DNA of 63,557 nt, the filler included, from Pirum gemmata (lineage: Eukaryota), in assembly GCA_002812295.1 (NCBI GenBank). It is 22 parts of 22 records of this genome, joined end to end, with 100 filler letters (N's around TTAATTAATTAA, not from the genome) between each part and the next. Parts side by side here need not be neighbours in the genome. Positions count along the whole stretch, not along the records: positions 1 to 2,560 come from PDIN01005414.1; positions 2,661 to 5,236 come from PDIN01005415.1; positions 5,337 to 7,941 come from PDIN01005416.1; positions 8,042 to 11,352 come from PDIN01005417.1; positions 11,453 to 14,046 come from PDIN01005418.1; 17 more parts are not named here. The stretch is one strand, 5' to 3'. Positions 1-12,311 of the stretch are shown piece after piece. A model generated the notes under the pieces. It was not told where the DNA came from. It saw only the letters and a program-made list of their open reading frames with translations, and did no database searches. A program made the translations under genes and the position numbers. Position 1 is the first letter of the stretch; every line of letters starts with the position of its first letter.

Positions 1-157
1 ATGATTATGATTATGATTATGATTATGATTATAATTATGTAAGAAAAGTTCCGACCCACATCTGATTCCATATATATATTCAAATATGGTACTTTATTGA
101 ATAAAAAAGAGTCATATGACGTCATCCTCATTAGCCTCTTACTTGAGAGATTTCTGG

Positions 158-360
158 ATATTGTCTATTTCCATTAGTTGTCCTCTCAATTTTTAATTTG
201 GTACTATTTAAGTGTATAATTGAACTTGTTTATAAACCCTAACCCATTAACTATAAAATACCAAATTAATTAAAACATGTCTGATAGTTTAACCATAATA
301 GTAATTTGGTACGTTTATTTCAGTTTTTGAACTGGGCAACACTATTGAAAAACACAATAT
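158..360 (+). mobile_element. MITE-like dispersed repeat family A (~200 bp)
   Basis: Imperfect terminal inverted repeats ATAT(C/T)GTCTATTT...AAAAACAC(G/A)ATAT. Further copies at 9848-10038 (+), 2281-2484 (-), and partial copies near 20676-20820, 20907-21060, 48780-48865, 56215-56370, 57000-57152. Confidence 0.75.
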
Positions 361-1104
361 ATTCTTTTTAAGAATTTAATAATATAAACATTTCAATTAA
401 ATTAATTTTTTATGTACACCGAAATTGAATTTAATAATATAAACATTTCAATTAAATTAATTTTTTATGTACACCGAAATTGAAAAAATTGGATTTTTTC
501 TTGTGTTTTTGTAATGTTTATATAATATTATATATATATATATATAGTGCTTTTCAGTTGTTTTGTCATCATAAAATAAACAATAAATAGTACCAAATTA
601 ATACATAAAATAACATTTAAATACTGAAAACTGTTTTAAATTTTAGACTATTTACTGCTAAATTTGCAATATAAAATATCCTTTTTAGACTGGTATGGTT
701 TATTTTTTATTAATGGTAATAGGTCAAAGTCTTTATTTTATAACTAATTTTAATTGGTTATTAGCTTATTTATAAATTAATAATGGGTTTTTATTGTTAT
801 TTTTTAACTAAATTTAAAATCAATAATGGGTTTTTATAGGTTAGTCTTATTTTTATTAAATATTTCATTAGTTTTTAAAAACCAATAAAATTACGTTTTT
901 AATTATTTTAATATCAGATAATAAAATGTTAAGACTAGATATATATTAAAAAAAACCAATAAATGCAAAACTCATTCATAGGGTTAGGGTTAGGGTTAAG
1001 GCTAGCTAGAGTTAGGGTTATAGGGTTAGGGTTAGGGTTAGGGTCAAATGTCAAAATGAAAATTGTAAAGACTCAGGGTTAAAATAAAAATCTAAAATTG
1101 ATTA

Positions 1105-1480
1105 TTTATACTGTATTGTTACATTGTTACATAGTTTTATTGTTGCATTATTTCATTGTTGCATTATTGTATTGCATTGTTGTATTTTGTATTGTTGTAT
1201 TGTTATATTGTTATATTGTTGTATTGCTGTATTGTTGTATTGCTGTATTGCTGTATTGCTGTATTGTTGTATTGTTGTATTGTTGTATTGTTGTATTGTT
1301 GTAATATTGTATTGTTGTATTGTTGTATTATTGTATTATTGTATTATTGTATTGTTGTATTGTTGTAGTGTTGTATTGTTGTATTGTTATATTGTTATAT
1401 TACCTGTATTTTATGATATTGATATTATTATATTGCTATATTGTTATATTGTTATATTGTATTATTGTATTATTGGTTGT
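1105..1480. repeat. Compound TTG/TATTG microsatellite
   Basis: Direct reading; explains the three overlapping low-complexity ORFs at 1098-1501. Confidence 0.95.
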
Positions 1481-1534
1481 ATAAACTGTTTTGCATTCTA
1501 GTTGTATATTTGTGATTGTACTTATCTTTTATCA

Positions 1535-2484
1535 TGTTTTTTAATAGTTTTGTCCAATTAAAAAAAACTGAAATAAAACCTACTAAAACAAAAACTATCA
1601 GGCATGTTTTAATTAATTTGGTATGTCATAAAAAAGTTCAATTATGCACTTAAAACAGTACTACTAAATAAATGTGAAATATAAATATATTGTGTTCTTC
1701 CATATTTTTATTTATTTTTAAAAAATAAATTGCAATTTATTATAGTAAAACTATCAGACACGTTTTGAATAATTTGGTATGCCATAAGTAATTTTGTATT
1801 TTTATAACCAAGTTCAATTATGCACTTAAAACAGTACCAAATAAAGGTGATAATCATAATTGGTATAATATAAATATATTGTGTTTTTCAACAGTTTTGT
1901 CAAGTTAAAAAAAAAAAAAAATGAAATAAAACTTACCAAATTATCTATTGCAGTAAAACTATCGGGCATGTTTTAATTAATTTGGTATGTCATAAGTAAT
2001 GTTGTATATTTATAAACAAGTTCAATTATTCACTTAAACAATACCAAATAAAGGTGATAATTATAATTAGTACAATATAAATAAATCGTGTTTTTCAATA
2101 GTTTTGTCCAGTTAAAAAAAGAAAAAAACTGAAGTAAAACTTACCCAAATTATTTATTTAGTAAAACTATCAGACATGTTTTAATTAATTTGGTATGTCA
2201 TAAGTAATGTTGTATTTTTATAAACAAATTCAATTATGCACTTAAACAGTACCAAATAAAGGTGATAATACAATATAAATATATCGTGTTTTTCCATAGT
2301 TTTCTCCAGTTCAACAAAAAAAAACTGAAATAAAACTTACCAAATTATTTATTATAGACATATTTCAATTAATTTGGTATGTCATAATTAATGTTGTGTT
2401 TTTATAAACAAGTTCATTTATACACTTAAAACAGTACCGAATTAAAAGATTGAGAGGATAATTGTAAATGAAATAAGACGATAT
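1535..2484 (-). repeat. Tandem array (~200-bp unit, 4-5 copies) built from family A element
   Basis: Recurrent unit containing AAAACTATCAG(A/G)CATGTTTTAATTAATTTGGTATGTCATAA and AAGTTCAATTATGCACTTAAAACAGTACCAAAT; the last unit (2281-2484) is a complete reverse-strand family A copy. Confidence 0.85.
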
Positions 2485-2560
2485 ACTAAAAGTAAAAAAT
2501 AAAAAGCAGCAGCAGCAGCAGTAGTAATAGTAGTAGCAGCAGTAGTAGTAGTAGTAGTAG

Positions 2561-2660
2561 NNNNNNNNNNNNNNNNNNNNNNNNNNNNNNNNNNNNNNNN
2601 NNNNTTAATTAATTAANNNNNNNNNNNNNNNNNNNNNNNNNNNNNNNNNNNNNNNNNNNN
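2561..2660. other. Artificial scaffold spacer N-run/TTAATTAATTAA/N-run (first of 21)
   Basis: Identical 12-mer giving stops in all six frames, flanked by N-runs; recurs at about 5238, 7942, 11353, 14047, 16719, 19457, 22809, 25483, 28204, 30909, 33606, 38203, 40925, 43646, 46366, 49086, 52779, 55499, 58189, 60855. Confidence 0.98.
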
Positions 2661-2971
2661 CTAGATCCAGTCGCTACCGGAGGGACACCCCGCTATACAT
2701 TGGAGGTACAGTCTCAGGTACTTAATTAATAACTGAGAACGATGTGCGAAAACTACATAAATAGGCCCACATAAATAAAAAAAAAATACCTGATATAATA
2801 TCCTAGCTAGTCTAGCTAGACTAGTTTGAGTCTGTAAGATAGTATCTGATAAGTCCAATATTAATTAATATCATAGTACTTTAGTACTACTACTAGCTAG
2901 ATATCAATAATAGTGTACTAATATGATAAAATATGTTAAATATACGATCGCGAAACTAATTTAATCTCTAA

Positions 2972-3150
2972 GGGAGCATTCATAAAGGAGGTTACTTATT
3001 CTTTGATAGAAGTCATTGCTCGAAAGTGTGACTTAAACTGTTTTAGGCAGTAAATAATTATTAAAATGAACTTTAAAATTATGACCAAACGTGTTTTGGA
3101 CAAAAAGGCATAGGTAAGATTAGGTGACATCCTTTATTACGGATGATTCC
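2972..3150 (+). mobile_element. PIF/Harbinger-type MITE family F
   Basis: GGGAGCATTCATAAA ... GGATGATTCC imperfect TIR, flanked by TAA on both sides; reverse copy at 44188-44365 and partial copy at 44803-44904. Confidence 0.7.
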
Positions 3151-3883
3151 TAATTGATAAAATTTATTAATATATGAACCATTATGGACTTTTGTTTCAA
3201 AATTTGTATAATAACTAGCGCTCAAATTTTAGTCCAGGTCTCTAGATTTTCATTCATAAACGCTTATTAAATAAATAATATTATCTCCATTGCTGTTTGC
3301 TGTTATAAAGATGATGATGATTATTATTAGTGTAAATAAAGATTAAGTATTGTACTATATTATATAGTTGTCTTAATAATCATCTTCATATATAAAAAAC
3401 CTAGGTACCAGTGTCACCGTGCATGGGTTCATATAATATTATATACTTATTAATTAATCATATAAAACTATAATTATCAATCATATTATATTATAACCTC
3501 TAGCTACTAATACTGCCCATTGTGTTATTATATTAAATTAATGAATAATTGTTTTCTAACAACCAACTTCAGGGCTGATATAGAACAATATATTATATCA
3601 CTCGATAATTGGAATGTTTTTGTAAATAACCATTTTTTTGCTATATATATATGATATGGTTCATATAATATTATATTATTAATATTAATTAATTATATAA
3701 AACTATCAATCACATTATATTATAATCTATATTAATAGCTACTACGTATACTCATTTAAAATTATTAAAAAGATGAAATTGTGTTATTAAATTAATGAAT
3801 GATTGTTTCCTAACAACTAACTTCAGGGCTGACATAGAACAATATATGATATCACTAGATAATTGGAATGTTGTTGTAAGCAC

Positions 3884-3920
<37 letters not shown>

Positions 3921-3923
3921 TAT

Positions 3924-3970
<47 letters not shown>

Positions 3971-4090
3971 TTAGTAATATTATTATTAAATATTAATATT
4001 ATGATATTTGATTATTTTTGCTTTCTAATAATAATAACTTTCTAAAATCAGATAGCTCAAAGAATCGAAAGCCAAGATAGTTTTTCACTC

Positions 4091-4236
4091 AGATGTGGAA
4101 AACGATCGAATCGAGACTAGTTCGAAACCTTCGAAATTTTTCGATCTTATTTTAAGTATATATTGACACTGTATTGACCCGAAATTGTCGGTATTTAATC
4201 GAGCTGTTTGATTCGATTATGTTTCCCCATATCTCC
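4091..4236 (+). mobile_element. MITE family E, internally deleted copy
   Basis: Shares GATCGAATCGAGACTAGTTCGAAA and GAGCTGTTTGATTCGATT...ATCTCC with copies at 49637-49860 and 61582-61806. Confidence 0.7.
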
Positions 4237-4469
4237 CTGTGGCCCTCTTAGCATTGTGCTTTTTCAGTTGTTTTGTCATCATAAAATATACAATAAAGAG
4301 TACCAAATTAATACCATATAAATCCATTTTCAGAGTGACACAATCAGTGTAATGCACTATTCTACAGACTACAGCATTAGACTATAGGCTTGGCACCCCC
4401 AAAATAAGCCCAAAAACAATCCCAAAATGTGAATTAGATATCGGATGTAGACGGGATATTTTTTTTATT

Positions 4470-4703
4470 TTAACAGCCACTGCAGAAATCATTTTTTAGA
4501 TTTCTTTTCTAAAAAAACTTTATATTAAGTAGCCAAATTATTTTTAAAACTATGTATTGGTTTATAAAAAAGTTTTCTTGTAAGAAAATTTATCACAATT
4601 TCGGTAGTACTTTGATTAAAATTGGAAAATTTTGAGATTTTTGGATTTTGAGAGTATTTTGAGTTCAAATGCTGAATGCCGCCATTTTTTTCCGGCTTGG
4701 TAA
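4470..4703 (+). mobile_element. TTAA-flanked MITE-like family G (~235-250 bp)
   Basis: Homologous to 6491-6727 (-) and 52938-53186 (+); ends resemble TTAAC(A)AGCCGGAT / ATCCGGC(T/C)TGTTAA. Confidence 0.6.
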
Positions 4704-5193
4704 AAAAAAATCTAGTAAAATAGTAGTTTATATTGCTAGAGCTAGCAGCTAGCTTAGTAGTAGCTAGCTTAGTAACTAGCTAGCTAGATAGCTAGCTAGT
4801 CCTATCATAGCTACTAGCTAGCTAGCTAGGCTCTAGCTAGTAGTAGCCAAACAAATTCTATACTACGTATCGCCAATTTCTGGTCAAACACAGCTTCAAA
4901 TACCCGTACCTACCTACCCCTCGAAGTTAATTTCCGGTCAAATACCACCTACCTACCTACCCCTTGACGTGACTTATTATTGTAAGTCTCCTTTTTTTCC
5001 TTTTTTTCAGCCAGAGAATTATTTATAACTGGAGACAAAAACAGAAAAAAAGACTTTTTTATAATAATATAATATATTATATTAATACAGTATTAATACC
5101 ATAAACTATGAGATCAATAGTACTAGACAGTCAAATCATCATCATCGTCATCATCCATCTGTCATCATCATCATCAGCATCATCAGCACCATG

Positions 5194-5227
<34 letters not shown>

Positions 5228-8200
5228 TAATAATAANNNNNNNNNNNNNNNNNNNNNNNNNNNNNNNNNNNNNNNNNNNNTTAATTAATTAANNNNNNNN
5301 NNNNNNNNNNNNNNNNNNNNNNNNNNNNNNNNNNNNATAAAAAGGTACAATTTTGAAAATCAAAATTTTTGTTCAAAAATTGATTTTTGACGAAAAAAAA
5401 AAGTTGCCAAAAAGGCTATAATATTTTTTAATTTTCCTGCACGTCCTTGGGGTTGAAAAAACAGTGAACATTTTTTACTACTTAATAAATATGAATAAAT
5501 AGTATCCATAATTTTTAAAAAGAAATAAAAACACAAACTTTTACTAATTAAAGTCAGAAAAAAATATTTACAAATAAAAATGAACAAACCCACACATACC
5601 ACAATTATCTTCTCTTCTGCAACCCAACTATACATGCCTAAACTGTGTGTATTTTTTAGAGTGGTGCATAAATCGATGACTCTATCCTCTAGCTGTAATG
5701 AAGATTTTGGGTTTGCCTTATGCAATAACACCTGTAAAAAAAGGGGGGGGCGTAAACTCGTATCTAACTTTCCTATTTAGGCTTTCCTGAGATTTGCATA
5801 TCTTTCGGGAAAGTTACAGTTGTGAATTTTTCAAGCAAAAAACTCGAATGTGTAGTAAATCTCGATAAATAATTGTAGATTCGAAATTTTGTATTTTTTT
5901 AAACCTCATAAAAAGAGTCATAATTACTAAATAATTCGAAAATGTTGAAAAATGTCAAAAAATATAGTAAAAAAAGTACTGTAAAACCTCGAATTGTAGA
6001 TTTTCGAACATGCAACTACTGGGCAGGCCTATTATTTTTAACAACCATTAGAAATTATGTTTATTGGTATTACAAAAAATAAAAAATAAAAATTATTGGT
6101 TACATTTTATTTTTCCTTTTTATCTGATTGCATTGTTGATCCACCAATCAAAATTTGTTTTTAGGTTTGTAAATTCATACAACAATTAAGAGCTCATAAA
6201 ATAGTCATAAAATACAAACCCACAACTAAATGACAAAATTATTTATTGATTAGTTTGGTTTATTGATTATCTACGATAGTGTAACTTGATCAAGTTTCGA
6301 TTTGTTTTTGTAATATATATATATAATTTTCCCAAGAAAATCTGTTTAAAATTACAAATTGAAATAACTAAAAGCCAACAACTGAAAAAGATTAATCTAT
6401 TTATAAAAACATTTCCTTATTGAAAAAAATATAAAGTTATTAAATCTCGTTTAAAATCCTTCTATGCCTCCCCCCCTCACACACTTTTTTTAAAAGTCAA
6501 GTCGGATGAAACTTGCTAAATCCGCCATATGAGCTCAAAATTTGGCGAAATCTCAAAAATCTCCAATTTTAATGAAAGTGCTATCAAATTTCTAGAAATC
6601 GTCTAAGAAAAGTCTATTATGAACCAATGGCCAGTTTTTAAAAATAATTTGGCTGGTTAGCATTAAAGGTTTTTTAGAAAAGAAGTCTAAAAAAAAATGA
6701 TTTCTACAGTTTTATCCGGCTTGTTAATATATATATATTGCATTTTGTATTTTGCCTTAATTAATATTATTATTATCCTCTTAATCAAAAATCGCTAAAT
6801 AAAACATTAATTTCTATGTTTAGAATTCCATTTAAGTTATTAAATAAAGAATTTTGTTAAGTCATATTGGCAAGAAGACTCAGAAGCAACAGTTTCTTGT
6901 ACTATTTCAAGCTCTTGATGTTTGGTTGATATTTTATAAACCAAAAACCTCCCTGATACAACGAAAATTTGTAACTTCAGTTTTTGAACAGCACGCTCCC
7001 ATTTACGATATATATTCTATTTATGACATCGAATATTTTTTCAATATTTTTTAATATTTCGAACTTATTTGGTAATAATGATGAGGCTTTAAAAATATAA
7101 ATTTTCGAATTTGCAATTATTTCTCTCGTTTCACTGCAATATTTAAGTTTTTTTTTACTCTCACAATCTCCAATATAATGTCAAAATCAACGGGAAAAAT
7201 TGATTGACGCAACATTTTCAATACGCTGTGTGAATTACCAATAACATACCAAACTTGCACAGTACGAAATGACCAATAACACACAAAAAAAAAATGGCAT
7301 AACTTTGGAGTCTTATTACCAAAACCATAAAATAAATAAAAATGACCCTACACACAAAAAAAAATTGATTCATTTTTACTTTTAACTCAAAGGAGATTCT
7401 TGACCTATCCAAATGTTGCTACGACTGTTATAAATTTCGCTCTATTATTATGATTGGTAGTAATGTAGTTTTAAAATCCGAAAAACATTCCGTGTTGTGT
7501 TGCGTTGATTTGGGTTATTTGTTATCATGTGTATTGGTGTTGTTGAGATTAGTTTGTTGTTTGTTGTTGTTGTTGCTGCTGTTGCGCAATGTGTTGTATT
7601 GTTGCTTGTTGTTATAGATGTTGGTGTTTTGTTGGTTAATTTGCTGGGTTGTATGCTAGTGCGTATGTTATCACTTATTTTACGATATCTATGTATTGAA
7701 AAAAGCTCCAACTACAATATCCACCGAAATTCAAAATGTAATTAAATATCTATAAGAACATACAAACTCTGTATAACAGATAATGTTAATTTTTTCATTA
7801 AATTAATTTAACATTTTTTCATTAAATTTTGAACTTTGTTTTTTTGTAACTATTATTCCCTACGCAGCCTATAAACTGCGATCCTCCTCCACACACACAG
7901 ACAGACAGACAAACACAAACAAACACACACACACACACACANNNNNNNNNNNNNNNNNNNNNNNNNNNNNNNNNNNNNNNNNNNNTTAATTAATTAANNN
8001 NNNNNNNNNNNNNNNNNNNNNNNNNNNNNNNNNNNNNNNNNATTATTATTATTATAAATATTATTATTATTATAATTATACATGACTTGTACAAGCTAGC
8101 TTGCATATGTACATTTGTAAAACTGTGTAATAATATTTCTATACTCCATTTAATATCAAAGAATTTAAAAGTAAAAGATAATAAATCAATTCATTTTTAA

Positions 8201-8776
8201 ATTAAAATACTAAACAAAAGCAAATTCTAGTCGCCATTATCGATATAATAAATCTTTTCCAAGTTCCAACCCGTCTTTATAACTTCAAGTTTATTAACAA
8301 TTCTTTAGTGGTAATTAGACTGTAATTAGGCTCATTACTTACAACGGGAGAGAATGGTAGAAGGATGGTCGACTATATTAAATAGTCGACTATGAACAGT
8401 CTATAGTATGAACACAAAAAGTTTGTGGCAGTGCTAAAAACTTTTGTAAAGGAAAAATGCGATTTAATCATACATACACCATTCGCTATTCGATATCATT
8501 TTGTTTTATTTATTTCTTTATACCATATATATAATAATATATAATAATATATATATAGTATAATACTATATATAGATAATGTAGTAGGCTAATATGGTTG
8601 ATTTTTAATACCGGTATCGAACTGAAGTTTTCACAAATACTACGTAACGCCAATTTCCAGTCAAATACAGCTTCAAATACCCCAACCTACCTACCCCTCG
8701 ACGTTGAATTCCGATCAAATACCACCTACCTACCTACCCCTTGACGTGAAAGAGTCAAAGTTGTGGCTTGGAAGAG

Positions 8777-9001
8777 TAGGGGTGATATGACGTCATTTTA
8801 TTATTACCGAACAGCTGCCAGAACTTTTCCGATTTATGTTTTATTACTATTAATGTTAATAGTATTACTTTAATTGGTATTTATTAAATTAAATTTACTA
8901 TTTTAAGCAATTTAACTGCTATTATTAGTAAGAAATACGGAACTAAGGTTGGCTCGATAAGCATTTGTTCGAAAAAAGTTCCAGTAGATATCTCACCCCT
9001 A
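8777..9001 (+). mobile_element. MITE family D (~225 bp, TIR TAGGGGTGAGAT)
   Basis: TAGGGGTGA(T/G)AT...ATCTCACCCCTA ends; copies at 9308-9536 (+), 17557-17790 (-), deleted copy at 54536-54695. Confidence 0.8.
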
Positions 9002-9307
9002 CTCTTTGGAAGTTGGAGTGGAATCGATAGTATTTAGACTATATTTAGGTATTTATTTTTTTTGGAATGATATTTCTTTGTACCGGTAGTCTAATTTCTA
9101 AATAAGGAAAAGAGGGAAAGGCTCTGAGTGAGAGTGCTCTGAGTCTGATTTTTTTTTTTTTTTTTAAAAAGCGATTAGTGGCTAACTACAGGATTACTGG
9201 TTGACAACATCAGTGAGTGCGCGCAACCGGCGCAAGTGCGTACATACTACATAGTCTATTATTCATTCTTCATTTGTGATCTATAAACCGATTCTAAACT
9301 TGATTCG

Positions 9308-9536
9308 TAGGGGTGAGATGACGTCATTTTATTATTACCGAACAGCTGCCAGAACTTTTCCGATTTTACGGTTTTTATTACTATTAATGTTAATATTGTT
9401 TCTCTAATTGGTATCTACTATAATTAGATTTACTATTTTAAGCTGTTTAACTGCTATTATTAGTAAAGAATACGGAACTAAGGTTGCCTCGATAAGCATA
9501 TGTTCGAAAAAAGTTCCAGTAGATATCTCACCCCTA
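9308..9536 (+). mobile_element. MITE family D copy
   Basis: Perfect 12-bp TIR TAGGGGTGAGAT/ATCTCACCCCTA; highly similar to 8777-9001. Confidence 0.8.
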
Positions 9537-10111
9537 ATACTTGATTCTAATAGAGGTTGGGTGAGACCGTGAGGGGACTCGCTACTAGCTAGCTAGCTAG
9601 CTAGCTAGCTAGCTATGATAGACTATTGACATTAAGGGAGCGAAATAATACATCACGTCAAGGGGTAGGTAGGTAGGTGGTATTTGACCGGAAATTAACG
9701 TCGGGGGGGTAGGTAGGTAAGGGTATTTGAAGCTGTATTTGACAGGAAGTTGGCGTATCAAGGCTCTAATAACTAATAATAAGTAGAGTGCATGAGAGAT
9801 GATGAAGACACACACAGCACTGAACAGCTACATAATATATTATCATAATATCGTCTATTTTATTACAGTTGTTCTCTCAATCTTTAATTTGGTACTGTTT
9901 AAGTGTATAATTGAACTTGTTTATAAAATACAACATTAAGTATAAAATACCAAATTAATTAAAATATGTCTGATAATAATAATTGGGTAGGTTTATTTCA
10001 GTTTTTGAACTGAACAACACTATTGAAAAACACGATATCATAGACTATTAATATTATTATATTATAATGATATATAGGTAGACTACTCCAGAACTCTCCA
10101 GAGTTGTCTAG

Positions 10112-11350
10112 TCCTAACCCTAACCCTAACCCTAACTCTAACAGCCCCTAACCCTAACCCTAACCCTAACCCTAACCCTAACCCTAACAGCCCCTAACCC
10201 TAATCCTAATATCCTAACCCTAACCCTAACCCTAACCCTAGAATTAAGAATAGCTCGTACACACTATAAATAAATATTAATATTAATAATAAATATTATA
10301 ATTATTGTAGTCTTTATTATTCATCATTATGATGATAATTATATATTATATTATATGGTATAATTATATAGACTATATCATATCATGATACTACAATTAT
10401 TATAGCCCTAATCCTAACCCTAACCTTAACCCTAACCCGAACCCGAACCCGAACCCGAACCCTAACCTTTTAACCTTTACCCTAACTCTAACCCTAACCC
10501 TGACCCTAACCCCAATCCTAACCCTAACCCTAACCCTAACCCTAACCCTAACCCTAACACTAACCCTAACCTTAATCCTAACCCTAACCTTAACCCTAAC
10601 CCTAACATTATGCACTACTTAATTAACAGTAATATTGAAAAATTGATAAATTTGTAGAAAAAAATANNNNNNNNNNNNNCCCTAACCCTAACCCTAACCC
10701 TAACCCTAACCCTAACCCTAACCCTAACCCTCTAACCCTAACCCTAACCCTATAGCTAATCCTAACCCTAATCCTAACCCTATAGCTAATCCTAACCCTA
10801 ATCTTAACCCTATAGTTAATCCTAATCCTAACCCTAACCCTAACCCTATAGATAACCATAACCCTAACCCTAGCCCTAACCCTAGCCCTAACCCTAACCC
10901 TAATTCTAACCTTAATTCTAACAACTATATCCTGACCCTAATCCTATTTTTAACTATTAATTTCTAACCAACGACTAACCCTAACCCTGGACCCTGACCC
11001 AAACACAACCCAATCCTAACCCAACCCAACCCTAACCCTAACCCACCCTTACCCCTGCAGCTGATCCTAATTTAGAACCCACCATAATGGAAATATAACC
11101 CTAATTCACCTTGATTAAGTCTAATAGACTAACGTTTATATTCCTAACCCTATATATCCTATAGCTATAGCTAACCCTAAACCAACTACTATATACCCTA
11201 ACCAATCATAGGCCTAACCCACCATACTAACCCCACCATACTAACCCCACCATATCCTAACCTTTCAATATCTTACTTTAACCCTTACCCCATGGGCCTC
11301 ATCATTCCTAACCCTATGCCTCCACCACATTAGCCATGACCTTAACCTAC
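10112..11350. repeat. Interstitial (CCCTAA)n telomere-type tracts, degenerating 3'-ward
   Basis: Direct reading; includes CCCGAA and CCTTAA variants. Confidence 0.95.
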
Positions 11351-12311
11351 TCNNNNNNNNNNNNNNNNNNNNNNNNNNNNNNNNNNNNNNNNNNNNTTAA
11401 TTAATTAANNNNNNNNNNNNNNNNNNNNNNNNNNNNNNNNNNNNNNNNNNNNATATGTATAGATGTATTATAAGTATTTATAACCACTCCGATATTATTT
11501 TTTAATTTATTTTTAAATTTAAAATTATATTTTTGACAAAATTATTTGTTAAATTCTTTGTTTAATTGATTTTAGTGTGCATTTAATTGGGAAAGTTATT
11601 AATTTTAATTATATATATATATATCATAAAACTAGCAGATATGTTTGTTATTTTATAATTAATATTTTATTTTATAAAAAAATTTAGTTAATCTCTTAAA
11701 CAGTACTTAAACAGTACCAAAAATAAAGATCTAGAGAACTACTAGTATTACAATTGAAATAAATATGTTCGATTATAACCTTAAACAGTACCAAATTAAT
11801 TAATCGATAAATAGGAAGTTCAGCCTAAACTTTAAAAATATAAACATGAATCTTCTAAGAAAACCAATGAAGATTTAATTTAAACTAACAGATTTTTGGT
11901 AAATGTTTTTGGATACTTCCGTCCCGTTTACAAACTATAATAAACCGTACCATATTACATTTATAGTAAAACTATCAGGTATTTTACCCACCGTGAATCT
12001 CCAGTCAGTGATGGCTTTAACTTTTTTTGAAAAATACCGAGAACGTTTCATATACATAACATCGGAACCGTGTATATCCTCTTAATGGAAAATCAATGTG
12101 TAAGATTTCTTACACCTCGATGAAACTTTCTTTCTCTTATATAGCAGCAATCATCATGTGTTGCCATAAGAGTACTTCATTTTTCAGTGACTTCAGTGAC
12201 TTGGAATTATAAACTACTTTACAAACAATATGGAAGGCCCTCTGTTAGTTTAATAATCTCATCTTTATGTTGAGGAAATTGTTGCAACATTGTTGCCCTC
12301 AACTACAAATG

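Noticed and set aside
1098..1501. Cys/Leu/Val-rich ORFs, and similar GLGLGL, RVRVRV, PNPNPN, poly-I/L ORFs elsewhere
   Set aside because: Translations of microsatellites and telomere-type repeats.
2561..2660. Regularly spaced TTAATTAATTAA motif as a biological repeat
   Set aside because: Always embedded in N-runs and gives six-frame stops; it is a concatenation linker.
5790..7200. Diverged long inverted repeat (about 5850-5970 vs 7030-7140)
   Set aside because: Low identity and no definable ends or coding content; probably two old repeat copies.
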